From: Callorhinchus milii
Taxonomy: Eukaryota
DNA length: 50,648 bases
Assembly (NCBI RefSeq): GCF_018977255.1
Contig: NW_024705373.1
Span: 1-50,648 of the forward strand
Direction of reading: 5' to 3'
The notes below the pieces were generated by a model. The model did no database searches and was not told the DNA's origin. It saw only the letters and a program-made list of their open reading frames with translations. Position numbers and translations under genes: made by a program. Below are positions 1-12,167 of the stretch, piece by piece; the stretch's first letter is position 1; each line of letters opens with the position of its first letter.

Positions 1-318
1 GCTGAGGCAATTAAGCAAGAACCACATAAATGCAAATATGAATATAACAGTGCGATGAATGCTTATGTGCCTTTTCCCCAAATTAATGTAGTGTCGTGTA
101 GAATCACTCAGTCGAACAAGTTGTTCCAAGTCACCTGCTTACACTATATTACTCTTTCTCATACCAGTTATAGGCACCCTATCTGTCTATAGGTCACTTT
201 GTAACCAACTTCCCCCTATCTACTTTTACACCTCGCTGACCTGCCTGCAGCAGCTCTTCCTCTCAGCAGCTCCACACTCACAGCTCCGCACACAGACAGC
301 AGCTCACGCAGCTTGCAC

Positions 319-2240
319 CAGAGGCGTAGCTAGGATATTTTGCGCCCGGGGACGAATTATAAAATTGGCGCCCCCCCCCCCTCCCCCCCCCCCCCCCCCC
401 CCGTTTAATCACATTTTCTTATTACATCGAATAAGGAATAACAATTTCAATTGTAATGAAATATTGTATTTAAAGAAGCAAATTTATAGAAATTATATTA
501 CATGGCTCACTCAGTCACTGTCGTAGACTGGTTGACAGTCTACAAAAGATACATTTTTCTTGATTTCACTGTCGCAAACTGGTCAATCACGTAATCAAAA
601 TCAGTTTTTTCCAATGTTTCTCTTTCAACGCTAAGAAGAGCAAGATCACTGAGACGATCTTGTCCCATTGAAGCACGCAAATACGACAAAATAAGTTTAA
701 ATTTGCTGAACGACCGCTCACAGCTTGCAATTGAAACTGCTATTGTTAATAAAATTTGCAGTGAAATTCGCAAATTCGGAAATATGTCGTCTCCATAAAA
801 CACAATAAAACCAAGAAGATCCAAAGGAGTTTCTGGTAGAACTTCATTCTGGTTACTGAGCAGCATTTTGCAATCTCCAATTTCTGTGAAAAGTTCGTGG
901 CCATTGATGTCGGTGTCATAGAAATTTCCAAAATCTTTGCAATTTCGACGAATTGCATCGACATTCGTGTCGGATAGAAGAGTTTTGACGTCCAGCAGAA
1001 ATCCAAATTTTGTGTTCAGGTCTTTTAGTCGTAAAAACCGTGTTGACATCTCCTGTTGAAGTCGATAAAATACACTTCATAACGCGCACAATTTCTTCTT
1101 CTGCTGAAAGTCCTGCATCTCTTGCCAGCTCTCCTGGCATCTTCCGACGTCGCCTAATTCTTCTGTCCACATCGATCCCCCAGGCTGTGCATCATCACGA
1201 AGCTTGACAAATTCATGCTCCAAAGATTTAAGATCAGTTGCTGCTTCCTTGAAATTCATAGTAGGATCCTGTAAGCGCTTCTGAACACGATCAATTTTTC
1301 CAAGAATGACATTCCAGAAATGTAATAAAACTATGAAGTTAAAATGTAATACGCATGCTTGTGTAGTGAGTTACACCTGTAACTGTTCTGCATCACTTCT
1401 GGTTTCAGGCGTCATAGTTACGTCCTCCGATAATTTGTCTAGCAGCCCTACTAGTTCATCCAGTCCTTCATAGATAGCTTTACCAGCTTCTGATCGTGCA
1501 CTCCAGCGTGTTTCAGATTCCCGCTTTACTGTGATGGGCACAGCTTTTTTAACTCTTCCCAACGAATTGTTGAACGAGAGAAAAACATATATACTTTCAA
1601 CTGTTCCAAAAAATGTGACGACAAGTGGATCCTGTTTAGCTGAGTGTACTCCTGCTAAGTTTAAGCTGTGGTTGTCACAGTTGACAAACAATGCTCTGTG
1701 ATTTGTCACATGTTCGTTGTTGAAGGCCGGACATATTCCCAGTCATCACAGCAGCATTGTCATAACATTGTGCCCGACAGTCGGCTAGAGGTATGTTGTC
1801 AGATTTCAGTCTCTCGACGATGACTCTTTCTAGGCTTGCTGCATCTTTTGCATGTATCTCGATACAGTATAACCTAAAATGATTCTTTGATAGTTACTTT
1901 TTTAGTTTGAAAATCCACATCCACAAATCTTACGACCTGAGAAAGCTGTTCCGATGTCCTAGATCAGGAGTTGAGTCAAGTAAGATACCGTAGTACTTGT
2001 TTTTCCTGATATCACTCAACAATTGGTTCTTTACAGTCGACGCAAGTATGTGGATAAATTCATTCTGGATTTCCGGTGACAAATAAGAAACTGATCCCGG
2101 ATTTTCTCCTGCGTGCTATACGTGTTTTGCTAACAATGGTCACACTGAGCAACGAGTTTGATCAGCGCGAGAAAGTTTCCAACATTTTAATCCTCATCCG
2201 CATTCAAATTTTCCGCGTACCAAAATGTATTTACATGACA
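319..2240 (-). mobile_element. hAT DNA transposon remnant (ZMYM1-like/DUF4371-type transposase, frameshifted, 5' part missing)
   Basis: TIR-like end CAGAGGCGTAGCTAGG at 319. Minus-strand fragments encode GNFLALIKL..SPEIQNEFI, ILLDSTPD, CYDNAAVM, CDNHSLNL, ETRWSAR and the dimerisation motif SIASCERSFSK..RLSDLALLSVE (540-1049). Interrupted at 2241 by an LTR. Confidence 0.9.
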
Positions 2241-2675
2241 TGTAGGCTGTGTGTGGCGGGATATATAAACTTTTAGGTTGAGGTGTAGATTTGTGCAGTA
2301 GTTTCGTGAGGGTTGAGGCAGTCCCTAGCATGAGCGGCAGCGGCGAGATGTCTTCACCTTGGTCCCAGAACCCGAATCCCGCTCCGTCCTCACACACCCC
2401 CTTATATCCTCCTCCCAATTATCCAGCTACTCCCTTGTGTCTCTTTAGGGACCGACAGGCTGGCACCTGTCAGGCCATCAATCACTCCTTATCGCACGTC
2501 TCCAAGGCAACACCTCCGGTGCCAGCGTATAACCCCGGACCGACCCAGTCTGCAACCGAATCTCCGGTTAAAGAGGTGGCGGTTTGCAAATGCAACCTTA
2601 CGTTGCACACGCGCACCTGCCTGCCCTCAGTTTCCCTTGGGCAGCAGTACGCACCACGTATTTTCCCACACTACA
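2241..2675 (-). mobile_element. 3' LTR of a Gypsy-like retrotransposon (435 bp)
   Basis: TGTAG...CTACA inverted termini. A polypurine tract (G13A on the minus strand, 2676-2689) lies immediately upstream, and the LTR is downstream of the integrase. Confidence 0.85.
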
Positions 2676-2689
2676 TCCCCCCCCCCCCC

Positions 2690-4200
2690 ACGAATATAAA
2701 CGCAGCCGTCCTGGCTGTAATATACATCCCTTGTGCGCACGCAACATGACAACTCATAAACACAACTCTATAGTGACCAGTGACAGACCCCTAACTACAA
2801 GACAATCATAAGCAGTGACCATGAAAAATAACAAGAACAAGGGAATGGGGAATTAACAAAAAACAACGCGTCGCGAATGGGTATGTGCAGCAGGCCCGTC
2901 CCCGCGGGTAGAGACGGGTCTGCTTGAGTGTGATGAGTGTCCGATGAGGGAGTCCGCAAGGCTCCGTCCGTGGTCCTTAGATCCTCCGGCCTGCAGGCGG
3001 TACAGAACATTCCTCCTCACGGCCTGTTACTTTAGGCTTGGCGGTTGGCGTACCAGACACATCAGACACCGGCCGGCAGGGATGTGGGGATGAATCGACC
3101 GGACCGGACAGAATGTGTTTTTAACCACGAAGGATGCACAAACCAGCGCCGCCGGCCCAAACAGATACACACACACTGTGACTGCCGAACCTCAATGACC
3201 TCGACCGGCCCATGACAGGGGCGGTACAGTTTTGGGGACATGCCCAGGCACCTGGAGGCAATGTTGCCAAGCCTTGTTCCCCACTTGCCACGGTATTCCA
3301 GGCACTTCATGACCCTTCAGCCGCTCGTTCCAGTCCTGTCTGCGGGCTGAGTGACCCTAGCGGCTTCACGGCCCAACCGCAGCTGCTCCAGTATTTTCAA
3401 TATGGGGTCAGGCACTGCCGAACCTTTCTGCAGGGGCTCAGTCCCAACTGAACTTGCACAGGGGGATCGGGTTCCCTCTCATACATCAAATAACACGGTG
3501 AGAAACCCGTCAAGGCATGGGGAGCAAGTCTGTATGCCACAAGGACCCCCGGGAAGTGCAGATCCCAATCCGACTGTCGCCAGTCACTTGCTGGCATAGC
3601 GGTGAGGGTTCTATGCAACCGCTCAACCATCCCGTCACTCTGCGGATGATACGGTGAGGTGCGAATTTTCCACGTGCCCAAAAACTCACACACATCCTGG
3701 AGCAATTTGGAGGAAAAATTCATACCCTGATTCGTGAGCAGTTGCTCCAGGGCCCCCTTATCCACAAAGGCGTCGCTATAGACGCAGTTGACTGGTCAAC
3801 CAAGGGCCAGGCCATAGGCCAACGAGTTAAATATTCGACCCCACGAGGAGGTACTTGTGCCATCTCTGGGAGACCGGGAAGGGACCCAACATGTCCAGGG
3901 CCACAAATTAATTCAGCCGTGACACAACAATGGACTGTGACGGAATCTGCTGTCGCGTGCAGGAGATTTCCGACGCGCACAATCGACACAACCTCTAATC
4001 AGGAGGAGGACATCACTCTACACCCCGGGCCAGTAAAAGTCCTTTTTCAACATCGCCAATGTTTTAGGCACACCCAAATGCATTAACTTTTCGTTTACGG
4101 CCTTCATAAGTTTACCCCTAAGTGTCAGCGCTGGCGACCAGCGAACTGCGAGCGATATCGGGCACCGCCAAAGGCAATGATCGTGCCGACTCAACAATCA
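2690..4200 (-). pseudogene. Gypsy integrase remnant (zinc-binding region and catalytic core), frameshifted; RT not visible
   Basis: HLGVPKTLAMLKKDFYWPGV region and NQGMNFSS...RTSPYHPQSDGMVERLHRTL (3397-3765). Confidence 0.88.
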
Positions 4201-4881
4201 TCCAGCAGTGGAGAAGCCTGGAGCTGCCACCAAGAGAGAGAGCGCCGTGTGTATGACACGCCCACACACACACACGACTCATCGCTCAGGAGGCAAGCAA
4301 ACCGAGGTATTATCGGTACAAGGAAAGCCCCACCTCTGCGCCGGCTTGACTCAAAGAGTTGAGCACAAAGACAATACACCCACACACACAACACACATAT
4401 CGGGACTAATAAGATTGCTCCAAAAGTGATCTTTGTTTCGAAAAGGGCCATCCTAAGGTGGTGCGTTAACTATTAGCTGATCGTGGAAAACATTGTCCGG
4501 TCCATTGAGCTGCTTGAATATGGTCATATAGAAGTATTTTAGCAATACATTAAATGACGCTACGATGTTATGAATCTACACACTCACAGGAATACTATTG
4601 GGTTGAGATTTATTTATTTTGATCACGGAATCTTGCCCGCGGATCAATTCAAGCCCATTAGCCAATTGATAAGCATCTCTTAGGCAAACAGGCACACTGA
4701 CACAACTATTGTCCAGGGCATTTCGATCAATTGCATAATCTTACCAATTAATTCATTGAAAACTACTTTGGCCTTGGGCACATGTTTCTTTACTACTGTT
4801 CGTATTAATATTGTAACAGATTCTTAAGGACTTTTATCTATTGGCGTGTATGGTCTCTTTACTCTGAGGAATTAGCCGATT

Positions 4882-4968
4882 AAATTTCGATTTAAAGCTT
4901 TCGTAACTGCAGAGATTCATCTTCTTGGTTCTTTCAGTACGTGACTTTACCGAAAGGACCAAGAAGAT
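4882..4968. mobile_element. Minimal Penelope-derived inverted-repeat element with the hammerhead region deleted
   Basis: Same terminus (aaatttcgatttaaagctttcgt..cttcttggttctttc) and inverted arm as the 32912 element. Flanked by GAATTAGCCGATT (4869-4881) and GAATTAGCAGATT (4969-4981). Confidence 0.75.
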
Positions 4969-5287
4969 GAATTAGCAGATTGTTCTATTATCCAGTTAAT
5001 AAACGTAACCATTGAGGGTTAATTGTACGGATCAATGAAAAGGACATTTCCAGGAGTACTGGAATGACAATTCCTAGCATAAGAGTTCGCATATTACAGT
5101 GTTTTGTTTTAAGATATTAAAGTTGCTTAACGCAGAAGAGTCTGAGTGTCCCTTCCTAAGTTCATGCGTAATAATCATAATTATAAGAACTGTATCCTGC
5201 GGTGAGATCTGAATTTTGAGACCTGACATGAACACACTAAAACATAATCAGTAAAAGTTCAAGTGAGATCACTGTATTATATTATTT

Positions 5288-5407
5288 AGGTCTTTCGGTA
5301 AAGTCACGTTGATAGGTTCAAAGAAAATAACAAAAGCCTATCTACGTAACTTCACCAAAAGATCCAAAGAATATGAATTCCTAGAGTCACGAAAGCTTTA
5401 AGTCAAT
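5288..5407. mobile_element. Degenerate Penelope-derived inverted-repeat remnant
   Basis: tctttcggtaaagtcacgt...tacgtaacttcaccaaaag...gtcacgaaagctttaagtc matches the family arms. Confidence 0.6.
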
Positions 5408-5812
5408 GAATATATTATCACGATTGGTAAAACAGCCTGAGACAACGAAGCAGAGCCTAATTCGCATAATTACATACACTTGCATAACTTCATACAATTA
5501 CACCTTCATATTATTATCACGATTGGTAATACCCCGAGATATAGCATAAATACATAATTAGCATAATTTCAAAACATTACGCATTTTCAGTTTTCATTTA
5601 ATTTTAATTATTTTTCAAGACTTAATATATACAACACTTGGGAGCTTATTGGCTCTTGCTCGTGGTTAATCATCTACCCAACCCACAGGTCCACAAATAC
5701 TGGTCGCTCTTACTCTGCAGGTTGAACCCAGGAATTGAGTGTTCGACTTCATGTTCTTTTCATTAAAGGCCTGTGACAAAGGTGAATCTATTGGAGCTTC
5801 ATTGTCTCAAGC

Positions 5813-6731
5813 TTACACATCTACCGGGTCTCCATTTGACTTTGTATTGTCTAAGAAGTCCACCCACACCTCCACTTCCACAAACTGCTGGGAGTTGCCT
5901 CCCTCTGCCTCACAGTCAGAATCTCCTCCTGCTTCACGTTGCCTCCATCGATGTGAAGGTCCAATTTCGGAGTTGAATCTTCATCTTCACAGTTTACCGT
6001 CACTTCTTCGCTCTTCACCATCACTTCTTCACATTTCATCTTCATTTCTTCGCTCTTCATCACCTCTTCACATTTCACCTTGATACCTTTAAAAGTGTCC
6101 AAGCTGGGATTCACTTCTGGTTTCATGAGGGATGGGCTCTTTGCAGCACTTTGACTTTCACAAGCCGATTTCAGACTCCACTCCTTGGGGATGTTCTGAT
6201 GATTGTATCTCCTCTGGTGTGTTTTAAGATTTGATAAACCTGCAAACGCCTTCCCGCACACAGTGCACCTGAAGGGTTTCTCTCCCATGTGTGTTCTCTG
6301 GTGTAGTTTAAGATGTGATGACTCAGAAAACGCCTTCCCGCACAAAGTGCACCTGAAGGGTTTCTCTCCCGTGTGTGTTCTCTTGTGGCAATTAAGACAT
6401 GATAACCATGCAAATGCCTTCTCACAGACAGTGCACTTGAAAGGTTTCTCTCCCGTGTGTGTTCTCTGGTGTAGTTTAAGATGTGTTGACTCAGCAAACG
6501 CCTTCCCGCACAAAGTGCACCTGAAGGTTTCTCTCCCGTGTGTGTTCTCTGGTGTCTATGAAGATCTGATGACCATGGAAATGCCTTGTCACACACAGTG
6601 CACTTGAAGGGTTTATCTCCTGTGTGAGTTATCTGGTGCTGTGTCAAATGTTCAGGACGATCCGTGCTGTATGCACACTGGTCGCGTTGTTGCCTTTTTG
6701 TACCGAGTTGCGCCGAGTGCCTTTGCTCCAT
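5813..6731 (-). pseudogene. C2H2 zinc-finger gene A: 5 fingers plus SUMO-motif tail; two 1-nt frameshifts (about 6526 and 5920) that may be sequencing errors
   Basis: ORFs 6171-6731 and 5851-6513 join across a missing G at 6526-6527. TGEKP linkers are present and the tail is homologous to genes B and C. Copy A' retains the base missing at about 5920. Confidence 0.85.
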
Positions 6732-6759
6732 CAGATCTATTCTGCGGAGGAAGCGTCAG

Positions 6760-6780
6760 CTGCAGACAGAAAAAAAGAAT
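6760..6780 (-). promoter_or_regulatory. Splice acceptor of the ZNF coding exon (equivalents at 25554 and 36701)
   Basis: TTTTTTTCTGTCTGCAG lies 28 nt upstream of the ATG and is conserved in all paralogues. A second possible acceptor (TTCCTCYGCAG) lies 18 nt further into the exon. Confidence 0.75.
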
Positions 6781-8026
6781 ATCCACACCATCTACGTCAG
6801 TATCGAGGCACAGAGGAATGCATATATACAGTCACACATACTTACACGTCTATACTTATTCATATATTCATGATATAGTGAAAAAGATTCCCAAATTAAT
6901 CACATGGCTGTTATGACACACGATGAAAGGACAAATGGTCAGAAATATGCCTGGAAGCCCTTTAATTTAAAAAACGAATGTTAACCCAACACTCCAAGCA
7001 CACAATTTCAGTTGTCTGGCTACAAAAGGAATATTTATTAAAGAAAAATGCAGCTAACATAGCAAAGGGTGTTGAAAATAATACTATTTGTATTATGCAG
7101 AAATGCATAGATTAATGTTCAATCGCTTACTTAGAGGTATGAAGCCAGGCTCAGATTTCCTTGAATGCTGGGATGAACAGATCTAACTTCAGCTGCATAT
7201 GTGCTGTGTTAACTTCCCGTTTCCATTATTATAAAAAGCCCCAAAGGAAAACTAAAATAAACTATTGTTTTGATTTAACCTACGTGTTCAAAAGAGTTAA
7301 TATACTTAACTGCAAATACAAACTTACACTGTCACACATTGGCATGGTAAAAAGGTGGTGGTGTGTCCAGAACCATGCATGGCCACCTTCATCTGCTCAG
7401 TATTAATGCTTCTCTCACTTCACCAAGTAATTAATTGAGGATCAATCAACATAGCCGAGACCCACAAGAAGTGAAGTTTTCACTTATCAATCACGTTTGT
7501 TGTCGGCGATAATCAAACTCTAATTATTGAGTTCATAATACAGTGATAACACTGTAATAAAGGACTCGACCACTGTGTCTGTCTTCGTTGTCCTTTATTC
7601 GGGTTCTTTACACTTGCCCCACACGGCTCTCTCTCCGAGACTCCCCCGCTTGGCAGCCCGATGCTGCCGTCGCTCCCGTAGCCTCTCACTCCACTCTGAT
7701 GCAGCTCCGCTGCTGATCTCCTCGTGCAGGCCTCCGGCTGCCCTCACTGCAGCCTCAACCGGCTCCCCGTTCCTCCGTGCTCGGTCACCGCTGGCCGACG
7801 GTGCCGAGTCTTATCCTGGGTGTGTGTGGCGATCTCGCCACCCTCCAACCTCCGCCCTGCGTGGCCTCACTCTCTATCTCTCTCCAACTCTCCCCCCTGC
7901 TCTTCCGGTTTCTCCCCCTTAAGACTTGATCCCTCTCTCCCACGTGACCTAACTCCTCCCCCCGTGACGTCACATCCGCGAGGCCATTTACGCCCGCATT
8001 CATGGCTTGGCTTCGCGAACGAAGAT

Positions 8027-11000
8027 CTAGGAAGGACATCCACGTCTTCTGCAGGCACGCTGGTGGCTGAAGAGGCCTATGCGGGACAAGCAGGTCCTGC
8101 CACAACAGCTGCAAGTATAGGTCTCATCTGGGATGGGTGCTGAGGGATCATGGTTCTTCCTCCTTCTCCTTTTGTCCTCCATACGGGCCCTGCGGGTATC
8201 TTCGAAGAAGGAGGTGGCCTGGTGGACTGTGTGCCGCCAGGAGTTGCGATCAGCTGCTTGTGTTGCCCACTGACGGTGATCGATGCAGCAAGCAGTGAGG
8301 GACTTCTTCAGGGAGTCTTTGTATCGCTTTCGTGGTGCCCCTATGTCGCGATGGCCAGAGGACAGTTCCCCATACAGCACGATCTTAGGCAAGCGGTGGT
8401 TCTCCATCCTGGCGATGTGCCCTGCCCAACGAAGCTGTGTCTTGAGGACCATGGCCTCGATGCTGATGACCTTCGCTGACTTGAGGACTTCAGTGTTGGC
8501 GACGAAGTCACTCCAGTGAATATTGAAGATTGTGCGGAGGCAGCGCTGATGGAAACGCTCGAGGAGACTCAGGTGACGACGGTACGTGACCCAGGACTCA
8601 GCGCCATACAGGAGAGTGGTCAGCACAACAGCTTTGTAGACGTTGACCTTTGTGGCTCTTTTAAGGTTTCTGTTGTTCCAGACACGTTTGTATAGTCTGC
8701 CAAATGCACTGTTTGCCTTGGCCAGCCTGTTGTCGACTTCGTTGTCGATCTTGGCGTCAGACGAGATGACGCACCCCAAGTAGCTGAACTGGTGGACAGC
8801 TTTCAGTTCTGTTTGTTCAATGAAGATGCTTGGTGGATGGTGCTCCTCATGGGGTGCGGACTGATGAAGAACTTCAGTCTTCCTCAGGCTGACTTCAAGG
8901 CCGAAGATCTGAGCTGTTTTCGCGAAACAGGACGTAATTCGCTGCATAGCTGCCTCTGTATGAGCAAGGAGGGCGGCATCGTCAGCAAAAAGCAGCTCCC
9001 TGATCAGTTGCTCCATGGTCTTTGTGTGGGCCTGCAAACGCCTCAGGTTGAACACGCTCCCGTCGAGACGAAAACGGATGTATACGCCATCAGCGTCGTC
9101 GAGGTCCTCTGTGACCTGCTGGAGCATCATGCTGAACAAAATGGTGAACAGCGTGGGAGCAAGAACACAGCCCTGTTTCACGCCGTTTGCAATAGGGAAG
9201 GGCTGCGAGAGATTGTTGCTATTTCTGACTTGTCCAAGCTGTCTTCATGAAGCTGGACGATCATGGTGAGGAACTTCGGTGGGCAGCCTAGCTTGTCCAG
9301 GATTTTCCAAAGTCCCTGCCTGCTCACGGTGTCAAACGCTTTTGTCAGGTCCACAAAGGTGACGTACAGTGCTTTGTTTTGCTCCCGGCACTTTTCCTGA
9401 ATCTGCCTCAGGACAAACACCATGTCTGTGGTTCCCCGGTTGGCTCTAAAGCCACACTGGGTCTCTGGGAGGTGATCTTCAGCTATTGCGGGTACCAGTC
9501 TATTCAGCAGTACTCTTGCGAGGATTTTGCCGGCGACGGACAGAAGTGTTATGCCACGATAATTGGAACAGTCTGATTTCTCCCCTTTGTTCTTGTACAG
9601 GGTGATGATGACTGCATCTTTGAGATCTTGAGGGAGTTTACCCTGCTCCCAGCAGCAGACGAAGAATTCATGGAGTTTGGTGTGCAGTGCTGGGCCTCCG
9701 TTCTTCCATACTTCAGGAGGGATGCCATCGACTCCTGCAGCTTTACCACTCTTCAGCTGTTTAATGGCTTCCTCAGTCTCTTGTAATGTTGGTGCCACAT
9801 CCAGTTCGGTTTTCACTGGTTGTTGTGGGATGCGGTCAATCGCTGGTTCTTGGACTGAGCGGCTAGCATTGAAGAGCGTGTAGAAGTGCTCAGACCAGCG
9901 GTTCAGGATTGAGTCCTTTTCAGTGAGCAGTTTTTCCCGTCTGCACTCCGCAGGGGGCTCAGGATTTGGTACGAGGGGCCATATACCGCTTTTAGGGCTT
10001 CGTAGAATCCCCTGTAGTCGCCAGTATCAGCGCAAACCTGAGTTTTTACTGCGAGGTTGGTCCACCACTCGTTCTGAATCTCTCGAAGCTTGCGCTGGAT
10101 GGTGCTGCATTCCAGGCGGAAGGCTGCTTTTTTGTGCGGGCAGGATGGTCGGGCCAGGTGGGCCTGGTGTGCTGATCTCTTCTTTGACAGCAGCTCCTGG
10201 ACTTCTAAGTTGTTCTCATCGAACCAATCTCTGTTTTTCTTCGTGGAGAATCCGAGGGTATCTTCAGATGTTTGCAGAACAACAGTTTTGATGCGGTCCC
10301 ACAGCACTTCAGGAATCGGAGGCGAGTCTCCTAGGCAGCTCGGTTCCTCTAGCCTAGATCGTAGGCTTTTCTGGAAAGCTGCTTTGACCGCGGCAGACTG
10401 AAGGCTGCAGACTTTGAGCTTCTTCCTCGGGGCGCCACCGTTTCTTGGTCTGGGTTTAAAGTGAAAGCTGAGTTTGCAGCGGACAAGACGGTGGTCTGTG
10501 TGACACTCGGCGCTGGGCATTACCCTGGTGTGAAAGACATCTTTTAGGTCACGCTGGCGCACAAGGATGTAGTCTATGAGATGCCAATGTTTTGACCGAG
10601 GGTGCATCCAGGTTGTTTTCAGACTGTCTTTCTGCTGGAAGATGGTGTTGGTAATGGAAAGCTGCTGTTCTGCACAGAGTTCAAGTAACAAGCGTCCATT
10701 GTCGTTGCAGCTGCCCACGCCGTGCCTTCCAAGTACGCCTTTCCAGGTTTCCGAGTCTCTGCCCACTCTGGCGTTGAAGTCGCCAAGGATGACAATCTTG
10801 TCGTCAGCTGGGATATCCTGCAGAAGGCTGCGTAGGTCGGAGTAAAACTTGTCTTTATCAGCGGGATCTGCCTGGAGAGTTGGAGCGTACACACTGAGCA
10901 GCGTTGCGTGTTGTTGGTCACGAAGTGGTAGACGCATTGAGATGATGCGGTCAGAGTGGCCAGTTGGCAGGCTTGCAAGCTTGGTAGCGATAGAGTCCCT

Positions 11001-11375
11001 GATCATGAAGCCGACACCTGAACGGCGTCTCTCTGTCGCTGGTTTACCTGACCAGTAGAGAGTGTAACCTGCGCCATGCTCCCTCAGACTGCCTTCCTCT
11101 GAAAAGCGGATTTCGCTGAGGGCGGCGATGTCAACATCCAGCCGAGCGAGTTCGTGTGCAATTAGAGCAGATCGTCGCTCAGGTCGAGTGCTGTCAGCTG
11201 AGTCTAGCATGGTTCTGATGTTCCAGCATGCGAGTTTGAGTCCTTTCCCACCTTTTAAGGCGAGTGGGATGCGCCGTCGATTCTTTGATGTAATTCGACC
11301 GCATATGAAGATGCCCGTTGACCGCGGTAAGCCAACTGAGGGAGGAGGAGACGAGCTTTGTTTAGGCCACCTTTT
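8027..11375 (-). CDS. RTE ORF2 (APE endonuclease, reverse transcriptase, C-terminal Cys/His motif) with two 1-nt frameshifts (about 9933 and 9241)
   Basis: ACWNIRT, AALSE, VYAPT, GDFNA, IDYI, TDH (APE); NYRGITLL, QCGFR, FVDLTKAFD, KQGCVLAP, LFADD, YLG (RT); CSCC..SHQRAC. The frame is open from a TAG at 11376-11378 and the first ATG is at 11210. Confidence 0.9.
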
Positions 11376-11987
11376 CTAGGCCCCTCTCCGTGTGGAGCAA
11401 GCAGTGCTGTCCCTAGAAAAGGCTGCTTGGTCGCTCAGGGTGCTGCCGGGTGATGATGTCGTTTCCAGGTCATCATCAGACGACCACTTGCGCCTGAGCC
11501 GCCTGCATGCAGGATTGAGACTGCGGCTGCCAGTGTCATCTTACACCTGCCGAGTTCGCCCCTTTCCCATCGCTACAGGACTTAGTGAGACCGGGGGGGG
11601 GGGGGTAGACGTGAAGATTTCCTTCTTGCCTGCGCAAAGGAGCTTTCAAGTGGAGTGCAGTGTGCGCAGAACTGACCCCACCCTTTAAACCCGGGGTTCG
11701 TCTGCCATGGCCTAGCAAGCTGGGACGGTGACAGCGAGGTCCTCGGGCCGTAGGTTTTACATCAGAGTTTCCTTCTCCTAGGTAGACGGCCTTCCAAGGC
11801 TGAAGAGATCCACCTTCCCTGCTATTTCAAACCATAGCTGGTAGGCCACAGCCGCAGTCCACAGTAACGAAGTGGCGCGCCTTGGTCCCGAACACTTGGC
11901 CGTTGGGTCCTAACGAGACCCTTCCGCCCTGGCCGGTGACTCCGTCGTGGGAGTTCATTCGCCCAGTGATGCAGTGTTGACATCACC

Positions 11988-12151
11988 CCCTCACGTCGTT
12001 TAGCCCGCCAGCTGAAGCGGTTTACCGGGGTGTGGCACTAGGAGCCAGACGTCAGAGATTTAGGAGATGGATGAGGACCAGTGTTTCCATCCACTCAAAA
12101 ATTGAGTGCAGCTACCAGAAAACAAAGGTACTACCTCTACCCAGAGCTCCC
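11988..12151 (-). ncRNA. HDV-like self-cleaving ribozyme candidate in the RTE 5' UTR
   Basis: Minus strand reads ACGUC(U)-GGC-UCCUAGU-GCC-ACACCCC-GG-UAAA-CCGCU/ucagcu/GGCGG-GCUAAA-CGACGU, i.e. P2, P3, L3, P1 3' strand, P1.1, P4, J4/2 and P2'. The P1 5' strand is only partly matched (GGG at the element start). Confidence 0.65.
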
Positions 12152-12167
12152 TACGCCCGCATTACAA

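Larger units (their letters stand above)
1..8204. repeat. Segmental duplication, copy 1 (pairs with 42514-50648)
   Basis: Sequence from base 1 (gctgaggcaattaagcaagaacc) recurs from 42514 and stays collinear to the window end. The offset drifts from 42513 to 42444 through small indels. Confidence 0.97.
8001..12151 (-). mobile_element. Full-length RTE-clade non-LTR retrotransposon
   Basis: 12-bp TSD TACGCCCGCATT at 7989-8000 and 12152-12163; APE-RT ORF; short 3' UTR ending gccaagccatg. Confidence 0.95.
7553..12166 (-). mobile_element. Solo LTR (about 450 bp net) split by the RTE insertion
   Basis: TGTAAT...ATTACA termini and 4-bp TSD ACAC (7549-7552, 12167-12170). AATAAA on the minus strand near 7594. 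Absent at the paralogous site near 37416. Confidence 0.85.

Noticed and set aside
4221..4232. PBS-like TGGTGGCAGCTC upstream of the Gypsy integrase
   Set aside because: The adjacent sequence does not match the 2241-2675 LTR, so a 5' LTR and PBS cannot be supported.
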